In this document: positions 16,521 to 31,951 of the stretch, piece after piece | Numbering within the stretch: the stretch's first letter is position 1 | Layout: every line of letters starts with the position of its first letter | NCBI GenBank assembly: GCA_964016885.1 | Contig: OZ024741.1 | Span: 106,516,001-106,580,000, forward strand | DNA from: Eledone cirrhosa | Taxonomy: Eukaryota | Direction of reading: 5' to 3' | Length of the DNA stretch: 64,000 nt | Made by a program: the position numbers and the translations under genes | Notes under the pieces: generated by a model | Seen by the model: only the letters and a program-made list of their open reading frames with translations | What the model was told of the DNA's origin: nothing | The model's database searches: none

Positions 16521-16651
16521 TTGATGATGATTTCTTCCGAATGAAACAGTTCTAGTCCTGTAGAAGCCATTTTTATATTAAATATTTATACTCTGCTATA
16601 TATTGAGTACCTTACGTACTGTAGTTACACCCGATTGAACCCGTTGATGAA

Positions 16652-16655
<4 letters not shown>
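16521..16655 (+). mobile_element. Hammerhead-bearing element 3' fragment (family H-cag)
   Basis: aTGATGA-tttcttccgaat-GAAACAG-ttctagtc-CTGTA (C3 and helix I lost), then a 3' end shared with 42800-42872 and 52050-52158. Flanked by (TA)n. Confidence 0.7.
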
Positions 16656-16703
<48 letters not shown>

Positions 16704-16917
16704 TAAACCGATAGGTGCACAGAGAGAAGGTGAAGTAGAGACATAGACTGTGTAAATGTGAGTGTGATATTGAACATTTGTTCAAAGGAGAAAGGAGAAA
16801 TAAGGAAGAATACGAGTAAAAAATTGGCGAAAGTTAGGAGGTGAGAAGGAAAGAAGCAACAGCAGTAACAATAGCAACAGCTACATCAACATCAACAACA
16901 ACAGCAACAGCAGCATT

Positions 16918-17260
16918 GTCATGACATCAACAACAAAAATACAGCATCAGCAGCAATAACTGGAACAACATCAGCAGCAACGACAGCAGCAACAAGAGTA
17001 AGAACAACAACAGCAACAGCAACAACAGCAGTGTCATGACATCAACAATAAAAATACAGCATCAGCAGCAATAACTGGAACAACACCAGCAGCAACGATA
17101 GCAGCAACAAGAGTAAGAACAACAACAGCAACAGCAACAACAGCAGTGTCATGACATCAACAATAAAAATACAGCATTAGCAACAATAACTGGAACAACA
17201 TCAGCAGCAATGACAGCAGCAACAAGAGTAAGAACATCAATAGCAACAGCAACAATAACG
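16918..17260. repeat. Three copies of a 115-bp CAA/CAG-rich unit
   Basis: gtcatgacatcaacaa starts at 16918, 17033 and 17148. Confidence 0.85.
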
Positions 17261-17307
17261 ACAGCAACAACAACAGCAACAAAGACGACAACAAAAATAA
17301 CACCATC

Positions 17308-17339
<32 letters not shown>

Positions 17340-18106
17340 CGACAGCAACAGCACCAGCACCCACAATAACAATAACAGCGACAACAACACTCACAACAAC
17401 AACAACAGCTGCAACAACAACAACAACAAAGACGACAACAAAAATAACACCATCACCACCACCACCACCAACAGCAACGACAGCAACACCCCCCACAATG
17501 ACAATAACAACGACAACAACACTCACAACAACAACAGCTGCAACGACAACAACAACAACAACGACAACAAAGACAACAACAAAAATAAGAACAAAAACAA
17601 CATCACCACCACCTCCACCACCAACAACAACAACAAGTTCGACAGCAACAACTCTCACAACAACAACAACAACAGCGACCCCTCCCCCCCACCACCACCA
17701 ACAACAACAACGACAACGACGACAACAACAGCTGGAATAACAGCCACAAGAAATAAACACAAAAATCAACATTAAACAACATGAGAAAATGGCGGAGTAG
17801 GAATGAAAAAAGATGAAGAGTAGAAGGAAGAGGAAGGGAGGAGGGAAAGAAATGTTAACCAAAGAGTAGACAGGCAGCCAGACAAACAGACAGATGTGGA
17901 AAAGAGGGGAGTGAATTGTATGAATAAATATAATTTTCAAAATAAGTCATAAAAAAATAAATATAAAAACAACAAAGAAACAAATAAACTAAGAAGAACA
18001 AACGAACAAAGAAAGAAAATAAATAAAGTTGGAAAACTGTAGAGAAATCTAAATTCCGATTGATTTGAAGAATCGGAAAAAAACCCAGAAAGACAGTAAA
18101 CCCAAA

Positions 18107-18175
<69 letters not shown>

Positions 18176-18250
18176 ATATATATATATGTGTGTGTGTGTA
18201 TGAATATACGCATTTATGTATATATATATATATATACACCTCTATTCTTT

Positions 18251-18287
<37 letters not shown>

Positions 18288-18390
18288 TGGCATGGTTACA
18301 TGTCTACATATTAAAAATGTGTATATTTGTCCATGTGTATTTGTCCATTGGTGCAGTCTCAGTTACCCGCTCTATATATACACATATAAC

Positions 18391-18465
<75 letters not shown>

Positions 18466-19269
18466 GTATGTATATATATAGTTTATAGTCAATATGTATA
18501 TATATATATACACACGTGGTGGGTATGTGTGTGTTTATTTATATGCCTATAATAAGATAATTGCAAAAAACTACAACAGCAGAAAACGGAGTAGCCGCAA
18601 CAACAACAACAACAACAGTAGAATTCTGACGTTGACGTCGAAGACAGCGACAACGACTACGACAACGATACGGGAGAACGGAAATGGATTATTTGTTCCG
18701 GTCGCAAGCGCACAACAGCGTCCGTCCAGTATGGGGCGCCATGATAGATAGCGTTAGAGGCTTGTCTGGCGGCACTTTCTCTTCCATTATCTTCACAACA
18801 GAGGTGTATCAATTAAAACATGTTTCCTTTTCTATATCTCTGCTACTTATCCATCAAACATCAACCAATTCTTTTCCCACAAATCTTGTCTTTTATTGTT
18901 TTTGGTCAAATTTTGTTTATATATTGATTGATTTAGGAAAAACTTTTTCTTTCATTTTCGAGGTGAAGGTTAAGCTGGAAATATTCTATTGTTGTATTAC
19001 TGTTGTTCTTTTGCTGTTGTGGTTGTAATTGTGGTTGATGTTACTGGGGCTGGTGGCGGGGTCTGGGTATGGTGGTATTGTGGTTGTAGTTGTGGTTGTT
19101 GTTGATGTTGGTATCATGGTGGTGTTGTGGGTAAATCTTGTTACTGAGGTTAGTAGAATTAGCGTTTGTCGTTGTTGGTGATATTGTTCGTGGTTATTGG
19201 TGGTGTTGTGGTTGTGGTTGGTGGCGTGGTCGGTGATAGTGCTGTTATTATAATTTTTGTGATTGATTT

Positions 19270-19400
19270 AGTTGTTCTTTAGCTCCAGGTCAGCCTCTGA
19301 CTGTGTAGACCTATAACCAAAGATATTCCAACTCTGACCATCTACTTACACCCCAGACATTGCCTATCTAGGGCTACATTATGTTAATGTGTCCGTCTCT
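19270..19400 (+). repeat. Unclassified dispersed repeat family
   Basis: ctccaggtcagcc..acctat..ccaac..gaccatc..tatctagggctacattat has diverged matches at 980-1310 (+), 9020-9180 (-) and 21055-21180 (-). Confidence 0.5.
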
Positions 19401-19569
19401 TTTGTAGTTGGTCGCTGTTTTGTAAATGTTATTGTTGGTAATTGTATATGTGCACTTATAATGCCCGTCGTTACGACAGTTCTAGGACCTATGATATCTA
19501 CAGTTAGGATAGTACTAGAAGTTATCATACTGTTATTAGTTATGATAGTACTAGTAGTTATGATAGTGA

Positions 19570-20078
19570 AGTCGCGTGGCTTATGAGTTAAGGTGTTCTG
19601 TCCTGTATCGTAAAAGTTATAGTTCAATTCCCGGTGTCGCTTTGTGTCCTTAAGTAATTGTTTCTACTTTTGGCACAAGGCCAGCAATAACCCAGTACAT
19701 TACTGGTACTTTATTTTATCGACCCCGTAAGGATGAAAGGCAAAGATAACCTCGACGGGAGTTGAACTCGCAAAGGGACGTAACTATGCTAGAAAGCATG
19801 GCGTCCAACCCTCTACTGATACTGCCAATTCGCCGCCGTAAGTAATACACGGTATTTCATGTTGCGCCAGTCCATTCACCTCGCATATATGTCTCGTACT
19901 CGTAATTTAAAGTATTAATCATGTTATATTGTTTGTCACACTGAATCTCCCCGAGAACTACGTTAAGGATATATGTGTCTGTGAAATTCCTAGCATCTTA
20001 CAAGTTAATTTGTTCAGCAGGCTGTTCTGTTTATCGAACCAACTGGAACATTCGTCGCTGGAACCGACGGAGGTCCAA
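19570..20078 (+). mobile_element. tRNA-derived SINE (family B) interrupted by SINE A
   Basis: Head gcgtggcttatgagttaaggtg..gttcaattcccgg..tgtgtcctt resumes after the insertion as tatttcatgttgcgccagtcca. Homologous to 25985-26313. Confidence 0.7.
19659..19838 (-). mobile_element. SINE family A with 8-bp TSD
   Basis: taagtaat at 19651-19658 and 19839-19846. Confidence 0.85.
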
Positions 20079-20084
20079 CACAGT

Positions 20085-20235
20085 TGTTACGATAGTATTA
20101 GTAGCTCTGATAGTAGTTGTTATGATATTACTAGTAGTTATGATATTACTAGTAGTTATGGTATTACTAGTAGTTATGATATTACTAGTAGTTATGGTAT
20201 TACTAGTAGTTATGGTATTATTAGTAGTTATGGTT
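20085..20235. repeat. 18-bp minisatellite (tatgatattactagtagt)n
   Basis: Seen directly; degenerate copies also at 19505-19568. Confidence 0.85.
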
Positions 20236-21437
20236 GCAATAATAGGTCTGTCAGTCGCAAGCTATAAAACCATACGTACACATACACAAACACACACACA
20301 TACGCATACCCACCAATAGGCATGCACACAAATACACACCCGCCAACACACAGTCGTACATACACATACACATACTCACACATACATACACACACATGCA
20401 CACATACACACGTATACACACACACACAAACATATACACACGTATACATACACACATGCATACAAATACGCATACACACAGTCACATACACACAGTCACA
20501 TGCACACCCACCAGCACACACACATACAGACACACATAAACACACATGCAACCACACACACACACACAGACTGCGTATTTGATGTTCATTACTAATTCTT
20601 TTGTCAGTATATTCACAGAACCACATTTATATTCTAATTTTATTTGTCCTGTATTATTTAAATAATCTCCCTTTCTTTCCTTCTTTAATGTCACTTCCGG
20701 TCTACTTCACCCCCTCCCCTTCATTATATTTCTGCCCCCGACGTTTTTCTTTTCGTATTACTGCCTTTTACAAACCTTTCTTTCTTTCTTTCTTTCTTTG
20801 ATTTCCAGCCGTTTTTTATAAAGGTCTATTCGTCTTTAAATTCTTGATTATTTCATTTGTCTTTTATTCTTCAGTTCCAATTCTTCCTTTCCCTCTTATA
20901 TACAGTATCATATCCCGAAATCACATCAATCCTTTCATGTATAAGACTATCTTAATATCACCCCCACTTCATCTAATGCCATTCTCATTACTACCCAGTC
21001 ACTGATGACCTCTTAACTCTTCAAAATAACCCAGCGATGGAAACACTACTTACTAGTAATAGCAGCCAAACTCTCTTAAATCACACCCAACCATCTTAGA
21101 AAATGAAGGCTACTTTGGCTCATATAATCCCAGGATATTAGACAGGATGGTCATTACTGAAACATCTTTTGATCTGTGGTTAATGTTGCTGTGGTTGTTG
21201 TTGTTGTTCTGGTGGTTGTTGTGTTTGATGGTGTTGTGGTTGATATTGTCGGTATTATGGTGGTGTAGTTGTAGTTGTGGTTGTGGTTAGATTTTACTGA
21301 AGTTAGCAGAGTTGTTATTGTGGTTGTTGTTGGTATTATGATGGTGTTGTTGATTTTAGGTTTGCTGGATCATAACTGATTTAGGGCTTAACAACAGGAA
21401 GAACAGCAACAAAGACACCTACAACAATAACAACAGC

Positions 21438-21471
<34 letters not shown>

Positions 21472-21824
21472 GCAACATCATCATCATCATCATCATCATC
21501 ATCAACTACAACAGTAATAACATTAATAACCGCAACAGCAAGATCAACAACAATTTAGCAACAATAATAACTCAACAATAAATATCAACATCATTAACAG
21601 TCGCAACAACAATAAGTTTAGCAACACTAGCAGCAGCAACATTAACAGCAAAGATAATAAATTTGAAATTCGTCGTAAGATGGCGCTTTTATAATTTTGC
21701 TCTGTTTGAAAGCTTGCAGGAAATGGGTGAGATCAAAACATTAGTTTCTTTACTGTCAGGACTTTAGTCTTATGTTGAAATACTATTTAGGATTTGGTGG
21801 GAAAGATATAGATAGATAAATAGA

Positions 21825-21893
<69 letters not shown>

Positions 21894-22258
21894 TTACGCA
21901 CACACACACACACATACACACACATACACACACACACACACACGCACACACACACGCACACACACACACACTCACGCACACACACGCATACACACACACT
22001 CACGCACACACACACATAAACACACACACTCACGCACACACACACACACACGCACGCACATACACACACAGACACACACCTATATATATAGAGAGAGAGA
22101 TAGTTAGATAGATAGTTAAACCGATGTATATATATATATATATATATGTAAATATGATAATAATGGAGCTGCGGCGTTGCAAATGGGTTACATATAAAAA
22201 GGGGGGGGGGGGGGAGTCCTTCATCAGTGACCCTCCAACCGTCCCAGGCATTTCATCG

Positions 22259-22307
<49 letters not shown>

Positions 22308-22436
22308 GATAGATATACAGAGTTAGATAGATAGACATATATATTGATAGATAGATAGATAGATACATTAGATAGATAGTCAAATAGATAGTGATATAGC
22401 GTGAGAGGGAGAGCACGTGCGCGCGTGTGTGTTTGG

Positions 22437-22818
<382 letters not shown>

Positions 22819-22975
22819 CATATGTATATGGAGGAAAGAAGAAAGGAGAGATAAAATAAAATTAAACAAAGTAAACGTTAGATGGAGAAAAAAATGAAAG
22901 AAATATGGCGCCGTCTGATTGGTAAAGAATGAGGGATCACCCCACTCTCCTCTCTCTTCCCTCATTCTTTCTTTG

Positions 22976-23060
<85 letters not shown>

Positions 23061-23061
23061 G

Positions 23062-23184
<123 letters not shown>

Positions 23185-23212
23185 ATACATACACATATTT
23201 ATAAACATACAT

Positions 23213-23243
<31 letters not shown>

Positions 23244-23250
23244 CATATAC

Positions 23251-23282
<32 letters not shown>

Positions 23283-23356
23283 TTATACACAATATATAGC
23301 GAGAGGGAGAGAAAGAGGGAGAGAAAGAGTGAGAGCGAGAAAGAGGGAGAGCGAGA

Positions 23357-23429
<73 letters not shown>

Positions 23430-23930
23430 TATGTATGAAATTGAAGAAATGTCGGAAGGCGAGGATTTTCATATTTATTAATGAAGATACGATTGTTTGG
23501 AAGGAATGGAACATCAAAAGAAAAACAATAAGGATGAGGATGAAGATGAGAATAAAGTGGAGGATGAAGTGGAGGAATAGTAGTATTAGTAGTAGCGTGA
23601 TGAGGATGAGGAGATCTGAAGACAAGGCCTCTCATTACGGATGCAGATAATAAAAACTTTATATATATATTACCATTTTCATTGTTAGATTGGAGAAAGT
23701 TAAGCACTTCAGTAGCGTCTTGTTGATATTGTAAAGGAATAGGGTGTGAGTGTTCATGAAAAATGAGATAAATCTTTGTATAGTTTGGTTTGCACACGAA
23801 CACTGTGGACAAACCAATACTGTGAATACACACACATTTACACGTTCACACTATTTCTATGTGCCTTGTGATGGTAACAACAACAACAACGACAACAACA
23901 ACAACAGCAACAAACAACAACAATAATAAT

Positions 23931-24292
23931 GGTTTCTTATATAGGCATAAGGCCAGCAATTTTGGGGGAGGGGGAAAGTCGATTAAATCGACCCCAGTGC
24001 GTGACTGGAACTTTATTTTATCGACCCCGTAAAGATGAAAGGCAAAGTTAACCTCGGCGGGATTTGAACTCAGATCATAAAGGGCCGTCACTCTATACTG
24101 CAAAGCAGGGCGTCCTACCCTTTACCGATACTGCCAATCCACCGCCCATCCACCCACAATAATAATAATTGTTTCTATTTTAGGCACAAGGCCAGTAATT
24201 ATCCAGTACATTACTGGTACTTTATTTTATCGACCCCGTAAGGATGAAAGGCAAAGTTAACCTCGGCGGGATTTGAACTCAGATCATAAAGG
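23931..24292 (-). mobile_element. SINE family A, one full and one truncated copy
   Basis: Reverse complement of the family A consensus. Confidence 0.85.
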
Positions 24293-25728
24293 ATAATTCT
24301 TTCTTCGTTGGCCGCTAGGACCGAAACATAAAGAACAATACAACAAAAAAATACAATGACAGTGGGGATTTACATAAAAACGTATAAAAAGAGGAAAAAC
24401 AGGTAACAATTAACAATAAATATGATATGGTACCACACCAATTCCTTACCAATTGCAAACGAATTCCTTACAGATTCTGTAACACAAATTCTTCCTATTC
24501 TTTTTATATCTGTTAATCGTATTGATGTTTTTCCATAACCACTGTGTCGTGCTGGTATTATCTTCATTTCTATACGGAGACCACAAAGCCTTTCTATATT
24601 CCGGATTACCATAAATCCGGTTTCTCTATTATTCGACTTCCCATCTTGGTGTGTGCTCTATTAGATAGTTGCTTCTACAGATACTTAACATCTTTTAAAA
24701 TATTCCCTGTTTGTGTTTTGGAAAACAACAACAACGACAACAACAATAACAACAATAACAATAACAAGAATATAACAACAGCAACAACAACATCATCATC
24801 AACAATAACAACAACATAACAACAGCAACATCATCAACAATAGCTACATCACCAGCAACATCAGCAGCAACAACAAAAGCATTAACATATACAAACAAAA
24901 CAGTCTTTATTGTTAACTCTTTACCATTTCTTCTTCTTCTTCTTCTTCTTCTTCTTCTTCTTCTTCTTCTTCTTCTTCTTCTTCTTCTTCTTCTTCTTCT
25001 TCTTCTTCTTCTTCTTCTTCTTCTTCTTCTTCTTCTCATCATCCCCATCCCCATCACCATCGTTTGTCGTCGCCATCGGCATTATCATCATCGTTGCCAT
25101 CGTCAACATCACCACCAGCATACTGATGATAGTCCTCCTACTTATCCTCCTGATTCATCATCGCTAACATCATTATAATTTCATCATTGTTCACAACCAC
25201 CGCCGTTGGAATTTAGACCCCCCCCCCACCACAAAAAAACTAGCTACTGTTACATTAAATTTACCTAAAATCTTCAGCTCCACTTCCTCGTCTAGCATAA
25301 ATATTTATTATTTAATTAACTACGTCACCAGCCGTATGCGCGATATACAAATTAGACTGACCATTTCAGTTATTTTCCGTATTCTGCATGATATATATAT
25401 AGCTTTGCTATGGTAATATAGCTCCGTCCATAGGAGTGGTTATCGTTTGATGTCGAGACACAAGTCTCTGAAATGTAGGCGTAAGCGTAAAGTCTCATAG
25501 AAAATAGTGTTTTGTTTGAAGGCTACCATAATGTGAACTGGACGGTAAAAGTTAAAGCTATAGTAACAATCGTGTTGCTGTATATAGTTTTTGTCGTTCT
25601 TATGTTTTTCTGGAGGAGGAATAGTTGAAAGTGTTTACACTCCACACTTCGTTCTTTTTTACGGCGAAGGCTTCTAATTGAAAAAATATAAAAGATTTCT
25701 AGAAATCCTCCCATCTATAATAAATATT

Positions 25729-25868
<140 letters not shown>

Positions 25869-25898
25869 ATATATATATATAATTATATATATACACAC

Positions 25899-25958
<60 letters not shown>

Positions 25959-25984
25959 GTGATATGTGAATTTAAGAGGTATTC

Positions 25985-26313
25985 TTAAGGCACCGATCGG
26001 TCACGAATGACTATGGTTTGGCACCTAGAAAGTTTCCCTCCTAGGCACAAACCTGGGTAAGGTTTGTTTGTGGAAGACCCATGCAAACCAGCATCCCCTC
26101 TCCACGCCGCCGATGTTGTCCAAGGGAAAAGCAAGGGCCGATACAGCTTGGCACCCGTGACGTCGCAACTCATTTGTACAGCGGAGTGAACTGGAGCAAC
26201 ATGAAATAAAGTGTCTTGCCCAAGAACACAACGCATCACCCGGTTCGAGAATCGAATTCACAACCTCTCAATTGCAAGCCCAAAGCTCTAGCCACTAAGC
26301 CGCCCACCTTCAC
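25985..26313 (-). mobile_element. tRNA-derived SINE (family B head, CORE-like body)
   Basis: Minus strand: ggcggcttagtggctagagc (A box), gaattcgattc (B box), tgtgttcttgggcaagacactttatttcatgttgctccagttcactc. Confidence 0.8.
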
Positions 26314-26679
26314 AAGGTGTATATGAAAGTATATACAATATGTTGGTGTATAATAAACATATATAAGTGACGCTACGAGTATTTTAAGCTGTGGTCATGT
26401 CACTAGTCGTGTGAGAATTCCAAACATCAGTATTTCAGGACTTTTATCCATCTACAGTTATGTTTACCCACTCGGTACCAAGGCGAAATAAGCTATTACG
26501 TATGGTATTCATATACGCCTCTATTATGAACAACGCTATATTGTTACACACACACACAGACACACACATATACACACACTTAAATATACATGTCTATATA
26601 TGCATACATATACAAATTCATGCACACCAAGCACCACACACACACACGCACACAGATACGTGTATATATATATATACAC

Positions 26680-26758
<79 letters not shown>

Positions 26759-26850
26759 ATAGATGACAGAGTTGACTACAATACATGACAGGTAATATTT
26801 GAAAAATACAATGAGAATTCGAATTTAAAATTTCTCTCCCTCTCTCTCTC

Positions 26851-26902
<52 letters not shown>

Positions 26903-27560
26903 CACACAAACACACCATCTATCAGTCTCTCTCTCTCGCTCTCTAGAGACACACACGCACGCACACACACACACACACACACGCACACATACACACGTAT
27001 ATAATTAAAATATGTATTACATTTTTTTAAATTTATATACCGTTATATATGTATATGTCCCACATATGTATGTACAACACTCCTCCCTGCACACACACAC
27101 ACATATATATATATGGTATGGTTTGTGAGTATTTATGCGTGCGACTGTGCATGCACGTCTATGTGTATATATATATATATGTGTGTACATATATATATTA
27201 ATTTAATTTCACGCCGTCTCAAAACAGCCATGCAAATTTATAACTTTATGGCATTTCAAATAAAAAATAAATTGAAAACATAAAATAACAACATAAGCAA
27301 TATTATTTCTGTCTGAAGAAAACAATTTTGAAAATGAGAAAGATTGAAGAAAAAATGTTATAGAACTCAAGAGTATGTAACATTTTAAATAAAGTGGTTT
27401 TACACATGCAATGAAGGAAAAAGAAATTTATTAAAATATATATATTAGTTTAATGTCGGAAATAAGGAATACAAGCCGTATTGTCAGCTTGTCTAAACCG
27501 ATGTATTTATGTATGTAAAATATTTGATATACTGAAAATTATGCAGTAAAGTAACCAAAA

Positions 27561-27628
<68 letters not shown>

Positions 27629-27860
27629 ATTGCACATATATATATGTATATATCTTGTCAACACAGATATACACACAGCCAGACATATGCCCACACATAT
27701 GTTTGTGTGTGTATGCTTCTATTTATATATATATATATATCTAAACATAACGGAAGTGCGTGAGGACGTTCTCTTGAGATGAGCGAAATGTATGCAAGGA
27801 CAATTACGTCATTATATAAAGCAGGAAGAACAAATTCTTGCTATAAAAAATATTCAATAT

Positions 27861-27951
<91 letters not shown>

Positions 27952-28054
27952 TATATACATTCATATACTTATACATATAAATACTTTTACATGTATATAT
28001 ACATATATATACGATATTAAACAAATGGAAACTATATTTATAAAACCATATTTA

Positions 28055-28118
28055 TTTCATTATACATATTTCGGGGATACCATATTAAAAATATGGCATG
28101 CCTTCTTCAGATAAAATA
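28055..28118 (-). ncRNA. Degenerate minimal hammerhead motif
   Basis: CTGAAGA-agg-c-atgccatat-tttta-atatggtat-cccc-GAAA-tat-GTA; helix I is poor. Confidence 0.45.
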
Positions 28119-28489
28119 CAATATATAAGCAGTTTTATAAATAAATTTGACGTACCATAAATATTGATCAACTTCCATTTAAAAAGTTGGTTTGGTAGTG
28201 AAATGTTTATAAATATTTAGTGTTAAGCACAGTTAGAAAGAAAGACGGAGAAAAGGAAGAAATGTATGTAAAGAAAAACATCAGTATACCCACTCGGTAT
28301 ATAAAAACATCGTATATCTACTCCAAAACTTGTTGAGTGCTTTATATTAGTTATAAAATATTTACTCGTTGTAACCCAACAATTTTAAATAAAACTTTTG
28401 CATACATATATATATATATATTGAATATTTTTTATAGCAAGAATTTGTTCTTCCTGCTTTATATAATGACGTAATTGTCCTTGCATACA

Positions 28490-28660
28490 TTTATATATAT
28501 ATAAAACAGAGAATGCCTGTCTGTCTGTCTGACTCCCTAAATCTCGAGAACCACCCAACCGATTGCTTGTAAAATGTACACATGTAATACTTATGGTCCT
28601 GTGAGTGTTTTGAGCAAAAGAAATTTCAAATTTTCAATGCCCCAGGGACCGCATTAGGCG
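28490..28660 (+). mobile_element. Non-autonomous Helitron-like 5' fragment
   Basis: tatataaaa..(ctgt)n..aaatctcgagaacc..aaccgatt..aaa, the typical layout of Lep1-like Helitron 5' ends. Confidence 0.45.
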
Positions 28661-28781
28661 ATTTAGCGATCTCTCTCTATAATTCTTAGTCTTTCTTTTT
28701 AGATAGATTCATAGATATAACGTTGCGCCCTTATAATATCTGTCTGTATGTCTAACTGTCTGCATTACGACATTATGACGC

Positions 28782-28839
<58 letters not shown>

Positions 28840-29085
28840 TATATAGTGTATGTATATATATATATTGTGTGTAACGTTTTTCAAAATATTTACTTCTGCG
28901 TTCACAGATTGATTTCTTTAGTTTCAGAAGATCCGTTAAGAGTGAAAGCAGCGATTCTTTACTTAAACTTTAATCTGTTATTTTAATAAATATTTGCTAT
29001 AGGGTTCTTATATATTTGATATATATATTTATCCTTATCGAGCCCTCTTTGGATTTTAGTCTTCTTCACATTTATTATTATTACT

Positions 29086-29296
29086 TGGCAGTATCGGTAG
29101 AGGGTCAGACGCCATGCTTTCCAGCATAGTTACGTCCCTTTACAATCTGAGTTCAAATCCCGCTGAGGTTGACTTTGCCTTTCATCCTTACGGGGTCGAT
29201 AAAATAAAGTACCAGTAATGCACTGATAATTGCTGGCCTTGTGCCTAAAGTAGAAACAATTATTATTACTACACACACACACACACACACACACAT

Positions 29297-29383
<87 letters not shown>

Positions 29384-29930
29384 TATGAATACATGAATAT
29401 ATATGCAAGTATATGTATGTACGTGTTTGTGTACATATGTGGATACACGTGTGTTTGCATATGTGTGTGTATAATTTTCATACACTATATTTTCGTTAAC
29501 GCATGCATCCACACCGATCAGCGCATGCTTATGTATGAGGCTAAACACCAACACATTACTGTTAATGTTTTCATTAATATTATTACTTTTATGTTCTGAG
29601 TTCAAATCCCGCCGAGGTTATTTACCTTTCATACTTATGGGGTCGATAAAATGAAGAACTTGTTTAGCACTGGGGTCGATTTAATCGACTTTCCCCTCCC
29701 CCAAAATTTCTTGCCTTGTACCTATATAAGAAACCATTATTTTTGGTGGATTGGCAGTATCGGTAGAGGGTCGGACGCCATGCTTTCCAGCATAGTTACG
29801 TCCCTTTACGATCTGAGTTCAAATCCCGCCGAGGTTGACTTTGCCTTTCATCCTTACGGGGTCGATAAAATAAAGTACCAGTAATGTACTGGATAATTGC
29901 TGACCTTGTGCCTAAAGTAGAAACAATTAT
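29086..29930 (+). mobile_element. Three SINE family A copies (29086-29262, 29590-29740, 29744-29930)
   Basis: Near-identical to the family consensus. Confidence 0.85.
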
Positions 29931-30141
29931 TTTTCTATTTTCTAAGGCAATATTTGGTTATAATTTGTTTGAAATATTTACTTCTGAGTCCGCATATTGG
30001 TTTTTCTCAGTTTCAGATGATCCTGCTTAGAGTGAAAGCAGAAATTAAACTTTTAATTTTTACTAATAATAAATATATAGTACACACACACATATACGCA
30101 CATGTATTCATATGAATATTAAAATTATTCTTCAGTAGCCG

Positions 30142-30262
<121 letters not shown>

Positions 30263-30723
30263 CGTGTATATACATGTGTGTCGATCATAACGCGCATCGA
30301 ATGATTTGAGAATGCTTATAAGACCGAATTTTAAAATATCGAAATTATGAATACCGACAGTTTGTAAAACCCAAAAGTCAGAGGACTGAATATATACTAC
30401 AGGAAAATCCAGTAAAACTGTTCTTATTGGATTGGCAGCATCGGTAAAGCATCGGACACTGCTTCGCGGCAAAGAATTACTCTTTTTTTAAGTTCATGTT
30501 TTGTTCAGCCAACTGTTGCTGTACAGTACTTGATGACTATAGCTACCTGTGGTCAATATTAAATTTGGTGCATTGAGTTATGTTGCCAACAAAAGGCTCA
30601 GTTGTTTCAAACATTCCTTCTTGATATTGTTTTTTCTTTTCTTTTTTTATGATATCTTCCAACTCTAACGTACCTAAATACTTGTAGCCACTTCATGACC
30701 TCCTTTTTTTCTTCTTATTGTTA

Positions 30724-31150
30724 TTGAGCTCAAATACCACCAAGGTTAACTTTGCCTTTCATCCTTATGTGGTCGATAAAATAGAGTACCAGTAACGCAC
30801 TAGGGTCGATTTATTTGACTACCCCTCAAAATTGTTGGCCTTGTGCCTAAATCAGAAGCTATTATGGCAGATTCGGTAGGGCGTCGACAGCATGTTTTTC
30901 AGTATATAGTTACGGCCCTTTACGTTCTGTGTTCAAATCCTGCCAAGGTTAGCTTTGCCTTTTATCCCTTTGGGGTCCATTTAATCGTCTCCCAAAATGT
31001 TTGGGTTTTTTGCCTAAATCAGAAAACACAAGTCCAACAATTTTTGGGAAGGGGAAATTTGATTAAATCGATCCAGTGTATTATTGGTACTTTATTCATC
31101 GTAAGGATGAAAAGCAGAGCTAACCTCGGCAGGATTTGAACTCAGAACGT
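30724..31150. mobile_element. Cluster of degenerate SINE A copies in both orientations
   Basis: tttgcctttcatcc..gtcgataaaa motifs. Confidence 0.75.
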
Positions 31151-31173
31151 AAAGAAGAGTAACTCTTTGTCAC

Positions 31174-31340
31174 TTTGGAATCCGCACTGTCGAGCTCCTC
31201 CGCAAGATCGGAGCGTCGACGGCCCGTCTGAGGAGGGTGCCCCGCGAGGTTGGGTGACTGTTGCAGTGGGTGTCACTGGCCATCGTCCGTGGGAATGCTT
31301 TTGCCGTCTTGTCCGCGGGGCGCAGCACTCCTGCCCCTTG
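31174..31340 (+). pseudogene. CRE-like non-LTR retrotransposon C-terminal fragment
   Basis: My translation FGIRTVELLRKIGASTARLRRVPREVG*LLQWVSLAIVRGNAFAVL resembles the QRxSxAIxRGNA end of CRE-type RLE proteins. This frame is absent from the ORF track. Confidence 0.65.
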
Positions 31341-31951
31341 CCCTGGGCCCAAAGCCAATCACCCTCTCCCTCACCCCCTCTCTTCACCATAGCTCTTGCC
31401 ATCCCCTCCCATTCCCGTTCTTTTTCTTCTTTCTTTCTCTATTTTTTCCCCCTATATTTCCATATTCTCTCCTTCCATTTGATTCTCCACCTTTTTATTA
31501 TTTTTATTTTTCTTACTAAATAAGGTTTGTTTTTTGCTTTTGAATAAATTCAAAATTTATTTGTACCTTTAAACGGGCCATGTTGTTGGCAAATATTATT
31601 TACATATTGAAGATGTAACTCTATTCATGAAATTAATAAAACTATGAATAAATATATTTTAATCACTTTTTAAAAAGTACATCATATGCTTGTCAATTAA
31701 CTAATCAGTTTAAAACTAAATAAATGCCTTTTAAAATTATTTCTATAAATAATATATCTGTCAAAAAGTTGTTAATTTCAAAACTAATAAGTAAATGTCT
31801 TTAAAGAAGGTGTATTAAAAACATTACCTACTACACTTGGTATTGGTACCTATCAATGTTGCTATGTTGTTATTTCTATTGTTGCAACAGTCGTTGTTGT
31901 TAATGCAGTTACATTTTCTGTTACTATTGGATAACATAACAACTGTAAATA

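Noticed and set aside
22160-22260. Minus-strand CTGATGAAGG hammerhead start
   Set aside because: It is followed by poly-C, with no GAAA core or helix I partner.
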